Below, piece by piece: positions 42,368 to 51,721 of a stretch of 64,000 nt of DNA. The notes under the pieces were generated by a model that saw only the letters and a list, made by a program, of their open reading frames with translations, had not been told where the DNA came from and did not search any database. The position numbers and the translations under genes are program-made. The DNA is from Alphaproteobacteria bacterium (lineage in GTDB: Bacteria > Pseudomonadota > Alphaproteobacteria > SP197), in the NCBI GenBank assembly GCA_964291265.2, contig OZ219747.1:4192001-4256000 (forward strand), written 5' to 3'. Within the stretch, counting starts at the first letter, position 1; the number at the start of each line of letters is the position of its first letter.

Positions 42368-43477
42368 GTGGAGAGCGTTGAAACGGTCGTCGTCGGCGCC
42401 GGGGTCATCGGTCTTGCGGTGGCACGCGCACTGGCATGCAGCGGGCGCGAGGTCATGGTCCTTGATGCCGCCAACGCCATGGGAACAGGGATCTCCTCGC
42501 GCAACAGCGAGGTCATCCATGCCGGCATCTACTATCCGCCCGGGAGCCTGAAAGCCTGCCTGTGTGTCGCCGGCAGGATCATGCTCCATGACTACTGCCG
42601 ATCACGCCACGTCGCCTTCCGTACCTGTGGCAAGCTGATCGTTGCCGTCAGTGAAGACGACCATGACGTCCTCTCGAAACTCGAGCGGCGGGCCATCGCC
42701 AACGGCGTAGACGACCTCGCCACCCTGGGAGCGGCAGACGTGGCCGCCCTGGAACCCGAACTGGAGACGTGCGGCGCCCTCCTGTCGCCATCGACCGGCA
42801 TCATCGACAGTCATGGTCTGATGCTGTCCTTGCTGGGAGAGGCCGAGGCAGCAGGCGCGTGGCTGGCCCTGGACTCACCTGTCCGCAGCATTGCCGCGGA
42901 GGACAGTGCGCTGCTTGTCACGGTAGGCCGCGGGGAGACCATGGTGCTGAGGGCCCGGGAGCTGGTGAATGCTGCCGGTCTCGGGGCGCAACACCTCGCA
43001 TCGGCAACATCCGGGCTCGATCCCCATCACGTTCCCGCTCTCCATCTCGCCAGGGGCAGCTACTTCACCTTGTCGGGCCCCTCCCCCTTCTCCCGTCTCG
43101 TCTATCCGACACCGGTCGCCGGCGGCCTCGGCGTTCACGCGACACTCGACCTTGCCGGCCGCTGCCGGTTCGGACCGGACGTCGAGTGGGTACGCGAGAT
43201 CTCCTATGACGTCGACCCAGCCCGTGCAGACGCCTTCCGTGATGCCGTGCGCCGCTACTGGCCCAGCCTTCCCGACGATGCCCTGGCTCCCGACTACAGC
43301 GGCGTCCGTCCCAAGCTGCGGACATCGGGGGACTCGGACTTCCGGATCGACGGGCCCGTCGAACACGGAACAGGCGGCCTCGTGAATCTCTTCGGAATCG
43401 AATCACCGGGATTGACGGCGTCCCTGGCCATTGCAACGCTTGTGGTGCGCAAACTCGACGCTTGGAAGAAGAGATGA
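42368..43477 (+). CDS. FAD-dependent oxidoreductase, L-2-hydroxyglutarate oxidase (LhgO) family
   Basis: VVGAGVIGLA, SSRNSEVIHAGIYY, FGPDVEW, GIESPGLTAS. Confidence 0.9.
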   Translation: MESVETVVVGAGVIGLAVARALACSGREVMVLDAANAMGTGISSRNSEVIHAGIYYPPGSLKACLCVAGRIMLHDYCRSRHVAFRTCGKLIVAVSEDDHDVLSKLERRAIANGVDDLATLGAADVAALEPELETCGALLSPSTGIIDSHGLMLSLLGEAEAAGAWLALDSPVRSIAAEDSALLVTVGRGETMVLRARELVNAAGLGAQHLASATSGLDPHHVPALHLARGSYFTLSGPSPFSRLVYPTPVAGGLGVHATLDLAGRCRFGPDVEWVREISYDVDPARADAFRDAVRRYWPSLPDDALAPDYSGVRPKLRTSGDSDFRIDGPVEHGTGGLVNLFGIESPGLTASLAIATLVVRKLDAWKKR

Positions 43478-44166
43478 TCGACCTCTACACATGGCCGACA
43501 CCCAACGGACACAAGATTCACATCATGCTGGAGGAGACCGGCCTCGCCTACCGCGTCATCCCCGTGGACATCGGCCGTGGCGATCAGTTCGATCCCGCAT
43601 TCCTTGCCATCAGCCCCAACAACAGGATGCCGGCCATCGTCGACCACGACGGACCTGGCGGAGAAGCGATCAGCATCTTCGAATCGGGCGCCATCCTGGT
43701 CTATCTCGCCGAAAAGACTGGGCGCTTCATGCCCGACGATACCCGTGGCCGCACTCTCGTCATGCAATGGCTGATGTTCCAGATGGGCGGCATCGGACCC
43801 ATGTTCGGCCAGTGCCACCACTTCCGAAACTACGCGCCCGAACCAATCGCCTATGCCATCGATCGCTACACGAACGAGGCCGGGCGTCTCTATGGCGTGC
43901 TCGACAGGAGGCTGAGCGAAGCCGACTTCATGGCGGGAGACTACTCGATCGCCGATATGGCAACCTATCCCTGGACACGCTCCATCGATCGCCAGGGGGT
44001 CGATGCGGGAGACTTTCCGAACGTAACCCGCTGGCAGCAACGCCTGGAGGAACGCCCTGCGGTGGCTCGCGGGTGTGCGGTCCTGAGTGACCGCCAGCGC
44101 TCGGCAGGGATGACGGAGGAGGAGCGCAACAACCTGTTCGGCACTGCACAGTATGAACGGAGGTGA
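43474..44166 (+). CDS. Glutathione S-transferase (YfcG-like)
   Basis: WPTPNGHK, ISPNNRMPAI, FESGAIL, YSIADMATYPW. Confidence 0.93.
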   Translation: MIDLYTWPTPNGHKIHIMLEETGLAYRVIPVDIGRGDQFDPAFLAISPNNRMPAIVDHDGPGGEAISIFESGAILVYLAEKTGRFMPDDTRGRTLVMQWLMFQMGGIGPMFGQCHHFRNYAPEPIAYAIDRYTNEAGRLYGVLDRRLSEADFMAGDYSIADMATYPWTRSIDRQGVDAGDFPNVTRWQQRLEERPAVARGCAVLSDRQRSAGMTEEERNNLFGTAQYERR

Positions 44167-44747
44167 CCTGCATGACCGCCCTTGGATCCCGGATGGTCCC
44201 GTTCGGGTCCTCGGTCCGGTACCTGGTATTGCAGACAACACCTTGCCCGCAGGCCCCTGCCCTTCCTGACATCTCTCCTTGCCTCGTACCGCTTCTCTCG
44301 CCCGGCATGACCCGGCGCCTCATGGGCCTTGCCTTCACCCACAGTTCCAGCGCCGATCAGGCGCAAGCAAGCTGTCGACGAAGTCCAGCGCCAGGTCGCC
44401 CGGCGTCGGCGGGTGGAAATCCGGGTATGCGTCAGCACGCGGAGCATACCGCCGGGCACGAGCTCCGAAAGCCCAGGCCGCTCCCGGCTCACCGACGCCT
44501 CGACCGGCCACCCGCGGCAGGGTGCATGATGCTCACGGTCCACTCGGAAGGCCGATACGAGGACGTCGAGGGCTCTGCACCCATGATGTCCTGAAGCGTC
44601 GCACTGTCCACAAGGTCCACACCCGCCTGTGCGCTGACACCGGTCGCGCCTGTCGAGGGTCTCCGTTGAATCCTTTCAGGACCGGCGACGTTCCGGATCG
44701 GAGCGTGGCACTGTCCATTGTCGAAGCAGAGGGTGGAGCACGGAATC

Positions 44748-45409
44748 ATGAAGATCGCCGCCGTCAGGGTCTACCAGATGGATCTGCCGTATGTCGGAGG
44801 CTTCTATGCCTGGGGACCGGGATGTGTTCTCGATGTCGCAAGGACGACGGTGGTGGTTCTCGAAACCGACTGCGAACTCGCGGGATGCGGCGAATCGTGC
44901 CCGCTCGGCACCACCTACCTTGCCGCCCATGCGCCAGGCATTCTCGCCGCTGCCCGACTCTTGCCCGCGCGGTCATCGGTCTTGATCCCTTGCAGACGGA
45001 AGCCGTCGGGCAGGCCATGGACATGGCCCTCAAGGGGCACGGGTACGCCAAGTCCGCCTTCGATGCCGCGTGCTGGGACATCCTCGGCAAGGCCACCGGA
45101 CTGCCGGTGTCAACACTCCTGGGAGGCAGGCTGACCGACGGTGCGCCCATGTACCGGGTGGTGCCCCAGAAACCGCTCGAGGCAACCGTCGAGGAGATGG
45201 AGAGGCACCGGCAGGCGGACTACCGCCAGTTCCAGATCAAGGTCGGTCAGGACCCCGACAGCGACATCGAGCGGATCCGCACCGTTGCCGGTCTGCTTCG
45301 GCCGGGGGAGACGGCGTTCGCGGACGCCAACACCGCGTACTCGGTTCGTGACGCGGTGCGCGTGGTTCGAGCCGTCCGTGATGTCAATGTCGTCATCGAA
45401 CAGCCGTGC
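44748..45409 (+). pseudogene. Mandelate racemase/enolase-superfamily enzyme (proline-betaine epimerase-like), frameshifted and truncated by the IS21-like element
   Basis: GCGESCPLGTTYL, frameshift near 44960, LKGHGYAKS.FD.ACWDILGK, FQIKVG, ADAN, IEQPC, then the element end at 45410. Confidence 0.85.
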
Positions 45410-45477
45410 TGTTGATGGCTGCATAGAACGGCGGGATTTCGGCGATTTGCCGCGCTTTGTCAGGGTCGTGTTTCTTC

Positions 45478-45569
45478 CCTGTTGTCAGGTCCTATTGTCA
45501 CGTCCTGTTGTCGTGGTTTGAGTGTTCGGCTGGTTGTCTCCCCGAGCGCCGCCGTCTTTTCCTATTGTC
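45478..45569 (+). repeat. CCT(G/A)TTGTC repeats in the element left end
   Basis: Copies at 45478, 45491, 45504 (13-bp period) and 45561. Confidence 0.75.
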
Positions 45570-45695
45570 GTTTTGGTCCGGTTCGGGTTCCGTCGACCTC
45601 TGCTTCGGTCTTGGTGACGGTTGCCGGGAGGGTTCCGGTTCCGAGGCACTCGCGGGATTGTTTGTCTTCCCTGTGGGCGGGTCGCGTTGTCCGGT

Positions 45696-45863
45696 CCCGG
45701 GGCGGCGTCTTTGCCGCCGCCCCGGGTGGATGCTAGATCGGCATCAAGAGAAAGAGCGATGCGATGCCGGGCGGAGTTGTGACGCCCCCCGGCGCAGCAC
45801 CCGGACGAGCCGGTCACGGGGGACCGAACTCCCGTGTATTGTCGAGCCATTTTGCGTCCGGGT
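45696..45863 (+). ncRNA. Candidate structured leader RNA upstream of orf1 (also 51055-51222 minus and 61453-61620 plus)
   Basis: Stems 45696-45707/45715-45726, 45766-45771/45788-45793, 45799-45807/45855-45863 and 45815-45822/45829-45836. Confidence 0.4.
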
Positions 45864-46188
45864 CCACCCCCGCTCTCGAGACGGACGGTGTGCACGACGG
45901 GACGACTGTTCAACTGCAAGCGGTGTCAGCGGCAGGTTGTTCTCTGCCGGTCGTGTGACCGGGGGCATGTGTATTGCTCCAAGGAGTGCAGGGAATCGTC
46001 CCGGATCGAGCGGCGCCGCGCGTCGCGTCGTCGCTACCAGAGCACGCTGAAGGGCCGTGAGACGGGCCGTCACCGCCAGCGGCGTTATCGGCTCCGCAAG
46101 GCGGAGGAGGCGCGTGCGTTGAAGGCCAGGGCGGCGATGGTTGCCGAGATCATGGGCACGCAGACGTCTGCTGTGGTGCTGCTTGGCG
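45834..46188 (+). pseudogene. orf1 of copy A, split by copy B (remainder 51514-51689)
   Basis: Near-identical to intact orf1 up to VVLLG, resumes at DVPAVSG after copy B. Confidence 0.85.
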
Positions 46189-47132
46189 TGTCGGCGGCGA
46201 TTTAGAACGGCGGGATATTGGCGGAGAACCGCTCTTTTGGGCGCTGATCGTGTGAGTGGGTGACCACGACAGGAGAACGTGCGGCATTGGACGAAGGTCC
46301 GCCCGGTCTTTGTTTTCTGCCTATTGTTGGATCCCATTGGTCTTGCATTGACGTTGACGATGTCGTTCCGGTCGGCGTTTTCTGGCGTTCGGCGTTTGTG
46401 GAACGTGATGTGGGAGGGGAGCTTCAGGCTTTTGCGCGTGGTTTCGTTCTGGCGTTCTCCGTCCTCGTCGTGGTTCGTCGGGCGGGACGATCTCGAGGCT
46501 GGAGAGCTGACGGTTTCTGTTGCGCTGGGCGAAGAGGCTGCGTGCGTTGCGGTTGCGGCGGCGCAGGGTGCGGCAGGCGTCGAGTGTTTTCGGGCGGATG
46601 CTGCGACCTGTGAGCCAGTCCGGCGGCGGATCGGGCGTTGCTGCGGCTCAGCGGCTGCGGCAGTCTCGTGATGTGGTGTCGTTTGGACGGCCCGGGGGTT
46701 TCCCGGGGAGGCTGAGCGGCGCGTCGGGGTGAGACGTTCTCATTCCTGGATGGTAACGCGTGACCGCGTTCAAGGGTCTTGCGAGATTACGTGTCCCTTC
46801 CGTAGCCGCGTGGCGGTTCGATGTCCTCGAGAGCCTCGATGTCGGCATCGGCGACGCTCTGCAGGCGTTCTCCGTAAGGCGTGTCACGGAGGGTTTCGGG
46901 GATGCTGTCGAGGCGGTCACGCCATTCGTCCTGCAGGGTGCGGCAGGCGTCGAGTGTTTTCGGGCGGATGCTGCGACCTGTAAGCCAGTCCGGCCAGCGG
47001 CTGCGGCAGTCTCGTGATGCGGTGTCGTTTGGACGGCCCGGGAGTTTCCCGGGGAGGCTGAGCGGCGCGTCGGGGTGAGACGTTCTCATTCCTGGATGGT
47101 AACGCGTGACCGCGTTCAAGGGTCTTGCGGGA

Positions 47133-47423
47133 TCACGTATCCCTTCCGTAGCCGCGTGGCGGTTCGATGTCCTCGAGGGCCTCGATGTCGGCATCGGCGA
47201 CGCTCTGCAGGCGTTCTCCGTAAGGCGTGTCACGGAGGCTTTCGGGGATGCTGTCGAGGTGGTCACGCCATTCGTCCTGCAGGGCGCGCAGTTCGGCCAC
47301 GGCGTCGTTCCAGCGTTGCGGTCGCGAGCGCCGGTCACGGTGCTTTGGGGTGTGGACGGGAGGGATGCCGGCCTTGCGCCGTTCCCGGTATCGCCGCTGC
47401 TTTTCGGCGGGCGTGAGGGGCAT
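47133..47423 (-). CDS. orf5, 96-aa hypothetical protein (copy B, intact)
   Basis: AAGGAG RBS; MPLTPAEKQRRYRERR...QRWNDAVAEL...IEPPRGYGRDT. Confidence 0.75.
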   Translation of the reverse strand: MPLTPAEKQRRYRERRKAGIPPVHTPKHRDRRSRPQRWNDAVAELRALQDEWRDHLDSIPESLRDTPYGERLQSVADADIEALEDIEPPRGYGRDT

Positions 47424-47449
47424 GAGTGGTCTCCTTGTGACGGACGTGG

Positions 47450-48343
47450 TCATGATCTCGCTTGTGGTTCTTTGGTCCTGGCGTTGACGACGTCGTTCCA
47501 GTCGGCGTTTTCCGGCGGTCTGCGTCTGTGGAACGAGACGTGGGAGGGGAGCTTCATCTTTTTGCGCAGGGTTTCGGCCTGTCGCTCTCCGGCCTCGTCG
47601 TGGTCCTGGGCGAGGACGATGGTCCTGACGTTGGGCAGGCTGCTTGCGGCGAGGCTGATCTGTTCGTGCTGTCTTCGCGAGGGTGCCCCGGCGGTGGAGA
47701 GGAAGGCGTGGCTGGGGGGACATTGGTCGATCTGGGCCAGGCTGAGGGCGTCGACGGCGCTTTCGGTGATGACGAGGGCCTCGAGGTCCGCGGCGGTTCC
47801 GGCGCGGACGGCGAACAGGCTTCGGGTTCCACCGGTGGCGAAGCGTTTCGGTCCGTCGGGGGGACCGATCTCGAAGCCGGTGAGCTTTCGCTTCCTGTTG
47901 CGATGGGCGAAGAGGACGCGTCCGTTGTGGTCGCGGCGGACCAGGGGGCGGCAGGTGTCGAGGGTCTCCGGGAGGATGCCGCGCCCGGTGAGCCAGTCCG
48001 GGGCCGCATCGGGCGTTGCCGCGGCCCAGAGGCTGCGGAAGTCGCGTGGCGCGGTGTCGGGTGCTGTGAAGCGGGTGCAGATGTCGGCGAAGGCCAGTCC
48101 GCGGTTGAGCATGAAGTCGATGACGGTTCCGTTGTCTTCATCGTTCTGGGTGTTGAAGTAGACCCAGTGTCCGTTGTTGAGGCACTTCGTGACGAGCTTC
48201 GGCAGGCCGGGTGCGCACAGGACGGGGTTGGCGCGTGTCGAGGCCTGTTCGTCGCGGACGTATCCCCAGTCGGCGGCGATGCGTTCGAACGGCATGCGCT
48301 TGACGGCGTCGAAGTCGACGCGGCGGGGTTTATCGGGTTTCAC
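47450..48343 (-). CDS. orf4, Toprim-domain primase-like protein (DUF3991/Toprim-like), copy B
   Basis: LVITESAVDALS and VLAQDHDEAG Toprim motifs, WL..RGI, DNGTVIDF, terminal DWND. Confidence 0.82.
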   Translation of the reverse strand: MKPDKPRRVDFDAVKRMPFERIAADWGYVRDEQASTRANPVLCAPGLPKLVTKCLNNGHWVYFNTQNDEDNGTVIDFMLNRGLAFADICTRFTAPDTAPRDFRSLWAAATPDAAPDWLTGRGILPETLDTCRPLVRRDHNGRVLFAHRNRKRKLTGFEIGPPDGPKRFATGGTRSLFAVRAGTAADLEALVITESAVDALSLAQIDQCPPSHAFLSTAGAPSRRQHEQISLAASSLPNVRTIVLAQDHDEAGERQAETLRKKMKLPSHVSFHRRRPPENADWNDVVNARTKEPQARS

Positions 48344-49031
48344 GCCTGAGCCGCCAGGAGTCGCTGTCGATGGAGATGAGGGTTGCGTCGTGCATGAGCC
48401 GGTCGACGGTGCCGGCGATGCCGGAGGCGCTGGGGAAGACGCGGTCCCACTGGGCGAAGGCGAGGCTTGTCGTGACCATGGTCGAGCGGCGCTGATAGCG
48501 CCGCGAGACGATGGCGTAGAGGATGTCGGCATGGTGGCTTTCGAGGGTCACGTAGCCGATTTCGTCGAGGATGAGCAGGCGGGGCCTGGCGAGGATCGCG
48601 AGGCGGCGGCGCAGCTCGCTGCGCGAGACGGTCTCGGCGAGTGCCTCGAGCAGTTCCGGCGCCTTCTCGAAGCGGACGGTGTGGCCGTGCAGCAGGGCCT
48701 GGTGAGCCACGTTGGCGGCGATCATGGTCTTTCCGGTGCCCTGCCCGCCGACGAGCACGGCGTTGTCCGCACGGTCGACGAAGCCGAGGCCGAGGAGCGC
48801 TTCGACATGAGCCCGGCTGATGTCGCGCGGCCATGTCCAGTCGAAGTCCGCCAGGGGCTTGAAGGCGGGCAGCCGCGCCGCGGCGCGGCGGCGCTCGTGG
48901 CTGCGGGCCCTGCGGGCCTGTTCCTCGCCGCTGACCACCTCCTCGATCCATGCGGTCCCGGCGACCTCGTCCCAGCGTTCGACGAGCCCGTGGAGGCCGA
49001 GCGCCCGGGCACGCTCCCTGAGCTCGCTCAT
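48330..49031 (-). CDS. istB: IS21 helper ATPase (copy B)
   Basis: LADFDW, Walker A GGQGTGKT, Walker B LLILDEIGY, VDRLMH. Confidence 0.93.
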   Translation of the reverse strand: MSELRERARALGLHGLVERWDEVAGTAWIEEVVSGEEQARRARSHERRRAAARLPAFKPLADFDWTWPRDISRAHVEALLGLGFVDRADNAVLVGGQGTGKTMIAANVAHQALLHGHTVRFEKAPELLEALAETVSRSELRRRLAILARPRLLILDEIGYVTLESHHADILYAIVSRRYQRRSTMVTTSLAFAQWDRVFPSASGIAGTVDRLMHDATLISIDSDSWRLRRETR

Positions 49032-50521
49032 GTCTTGTTCCTGGCGCTGGCTTCGGGCCTGTCGTAGGCGTCGAGAGCGGTCCCCCGCGGCGTCGTGCCA
49101 CGGCCGCCGCGGCCGTCGTCGGCGATGCTGAGGGGCGGCAGGCCCTGCTCCCGGCGGCGCTCCTCGATGATGACGCGCACGGTTTCGGGGTGGCACGAGC
49201 CGCGCTCCAGCGCCGTGGCGACAGCCCGGTCGAGAGCGTCGGCGCCGTGCGCGTTGAGAAGCGTCTCCAGCATCCGGGCGCAGGAGGCCACGTTGCGCCC
49301 GTTGGTCCCGGCGCGCGCCAGCATCTCCTCGGCCCGCGGCACGGTGCGCAGGACCCGGTCGCGGACGCTCATGGAGCGGGCCCGCCGCTTGCCCGCGGCG
49401 ATCGCCCTGGCATGCTCCGGATCGGTGACGGCCTGCTTCCTGTTGTAGGAGCGTCGGTGGCGCGCGACCTCGTCGGCGCCGTCGAGGATGCGAACCTCGT
49501 CGCGGTCGGCGACCAGCGTCAGCAGGGCCTTGGAGAAGCTACCCGGAACGCTGTAGTCGTTGGTGTCGAAGCGGGCGTGGCAGGTCTTGTCGATGCGCAC
49601 CGGGCGGACCTCGTGATGCGGGAAGGGATCGGCGGGAAGGACGATCAGGTGCTCCCTCTCCCGGGCGAAGGCGTCCCGCACCAGGAGACTGTCGTCGTCC
49701 GGCCAGGGCCGCTCCGCGGCGGCGCCGAAGCACCACTCCCGAACTGCGGCGTTGAGCTCGCCGAGCGGGACCGTGATGTCGCGCCCGGCGAAGAACCCGG
49801 TGCGCGCGAAGCGCACACGGCGTTCCACGCGGCCCTTCTCCTGCGGGCTCCTGGGCCAGGCGGCGCTCGGTTCGAAGGCATAGTGGGCCGCGAGGCCGAG
49901 CAGCATCGGATGATAGGTGACCGCCTTGCCGCGGCGCGTCACCACGGCACTCTTCAGGTTGTCGTACAGAAGCCTCCGCGGCACACCCCCGAATGCCGCG
50001 AAAGCCTCGACATGGCCTTGCAGGAAGCTGGCCATCCGCGCGTCGTGGAACAGGCTCAGGACAGTCTGGCGCGAGTAGCTGAGGGTGACGAGAAGCCCCA
50101 TGAGCCTGCGCTCCGCCCGGCCGATGCGGACCTTCCCGAACTCGGCCCAGTCAACCTGCGCCTGCTCGCCCGGAAGGAAGCTCAGCCGCAGCGACGGCTC
50201 GGGCCTCTTCACCGGCCTCAGCCCGAGGCGGCGCAGGTCGTGACGGAAGTGATCCTCGCCGCCGCGGTAGCCCAGAGCCACGACCTGTCGCCAGAGCGTG
50301 CTGGCCGGAAGGTCCGGCGACGCCTCAAGACGCTCCCCGAGGAAGGCAACGAAGGGGTCGATGAGCTTGGCCCGCGGCCGCCGCTCCTGCCCCGACGCCT
50401 TGAGCGCCCGCGTCACCGTGCCGTGGTGCACGCCGAGATGCCGGGCAATCGTCCCCACAGCCCAGCCCTCGGCCCGCGACAGCCGCACGATCGTCGCCCG
50501 CGTGTCCTCGTCGATCGCCAT
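49028..50521 (-). CDS. istA: IS21 transposase (copy B)
   Basis: N-terminal HTH, PGEQAQVDW, LYDNLKSAV, PQEKGRVER, FDTNDYSVP. Confidence 0.95.
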   Translation of the reverse strand: MAIDEDTRATIVRLSRAEGWAVGTIARHLGVHHGTVTRALKASGQERRPRAKLIDPFVAFLGERLEASPDLPASTLWRQVVALGYRGGEDHFRHDLRRLGLRPVKRPEPSLRLSFLPGEQAQVDWAEFGKVRIGRAERRLMGLLVTLSYSRQTVLSLFHDARMASFLQGHVEAFAAFGGVPRRLLYDNLKSAVVTRRGKAVTYHPMLLGLAAHYAFEPSAAWPRSPQEKGRVERRVRFARTGFFAGRDITVPLGELNAAVREWCFGAAAERPWPDDDSLLVRDAFAREREHLIVLPADPFPHHEVRPVRIDKTCHARFDTNDYSVPGSFSKALLTLVADRDEVRILDGADEVARHRRSYNRKQAVTDPEHARAIAAGKRRARSMSVRDRVLRTVPRAEEMLARAGTNGRNVASCARMLETLLNAHGADALDRAVATALERGSCHPETVRVIIEERRREQGLPPLSIADDGRGGRGTTPRGTALDAYDRPEASARNKT

Positions 50522-50553
50522 GAACTCCCTCCCTTTGGTTCCTCAACGCCGCA

Positions 50554-51084
50554 TCACGGGTCCCTCAGCACCACATGCGTCACGACCCGTCCGCATCTGG
50601 CGCACCGAAGCGGCGATTCGCGCCGCTCTTGCGCCTTCACAACCGCAGGTAGGGAGGTCGGCAGCAGTCGGGAAGGGTGGTCCGTAACGATTTCTTCAGA
50701 ACCGGCGTCTCCAGACACCGCCGGAACGTCGCCAAGCAGCACCACAGCAGACGTCTGCGTGCCCATGATCTCGGCAACCATCGCCGCCCTGGCCTTCAAC
50801 GCACGCGCCTCCTCCGCCTTGCGGAGCCGGTAACGCCGCTGGCGGTGACGGCCCGTCTCACGGCCCTTCAGCGTGCTCTGGTAGCGACGACGCGACGCGC
50901 GGCGCCGCTCGATCCGGGACCGCTCCCTGCACTCCTTGGAGCAATACACATGTCCCCGGTCACACGACCGGCAGAGAACAACCTGCCGCTGACACCGCCT
51001 GCAGTTGAACAGTCGTCCTGTCGTGCACACCGTCCGTCTCGAGAGCGGGGGTGGACCCGGACGCAAAATGGCTCGACAATACAC
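50554..51084 (-). CDS. orf1, Cys-rich putative Zn-binding basic protein (copy B); true start possibly GTG 51030
   Basis: CRRC-x6-CRSC-x6-CSKEC, Arg-rich helix, C-terminal CARC. Confidence 0.75.
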   Translation of the reverse strand: MYCRAILRPGPPPLSRRTVCTTGRLFNCRRCQRQVVLCRSCDRGHVYCSKECRERSRIERRRASRRRYQSTLKGRETGRHRQRRYRLRKAEEARALKARAAMVAEIMGTQTSAVVLLGDVPAVSGDAGSEEIVTDHPSRLLPTSLPAVVKAQERRESPLRCARCGRVVTHVVLRDP

Positions 51085-51721
51085 GGGAGTTCGGTCCCCC
51101 GTGACCGGCTCGTCCGGGTGCTGCGCCGGGGGGCGTCACAACTCCGCCCGGCATCGCATCGCTCTTTCTCTTGATGCCGATCTAGCATCCACCCGGGGCG
51201 GCGGCAAAGACGCCGCCCCGGGACCGGACAACGCGACCCGCCCACAGGGAAGACAAACAATCCCGCGAGTGCCTCGGAACCGGAACCCTCCCGGCAACCG
51301 TCACCAAGACCGAAGCAGAGGTCGACGGAACCCGAACCGGACCAAAACGACAATAGGAAAAGACGGCGGCGCTCGGGGAGACAACCAGCCGAACACTCAA
51401 ACCACGACAACAGGACGTGACAATAGGACCTGACAACAGGGAAGAAACACGACCCTGACAAAGCGCGGCAAATCGCCGAAATCCCGCCGTTCTATGCAGC
51501 CATCAACATGGCGACGTTCCGGCGGTGTCTGGAGACGCCGGTTCTGAAGAAATCGTTACGGACCACCCTTCCCGACTGCTGCCGACCTCCCTACCTGCGG
51601 TTGTGAAGGCGCGAGAGCGGCGCGAATCGCCGCTTCGGTGCGCCCGGTGCGGACGGGTCGTGACGCATGTGGTGCTGAGGGACCTGTGATGCGGCGTTGA
51701 GGAACCAAAGGGAGGGAGTTC

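Larger units (their letters stand above)
46189..51508 (-). mobile_element. IS21-family primase-carrying element, complete copy B (5320 bp)
   Basis: Both IRs present; 5-bp TSD TGGCG at 46184-46188 and 51509-51513. Confidence 0.95.

Noticed and set aside
44170-44740. Possible transposase relic between the GST and the enolase-family gene
   Set aside because: Only vague similarity; no IR or catalytic motif could be supported.
45457-46050. 197-aa and 142-aa ORFs across the element leader
   Set aside because: Low-complexity translations of skewed, repeat- and hairpin-rich DNA; present in all copies only because the copies are nearly identical.
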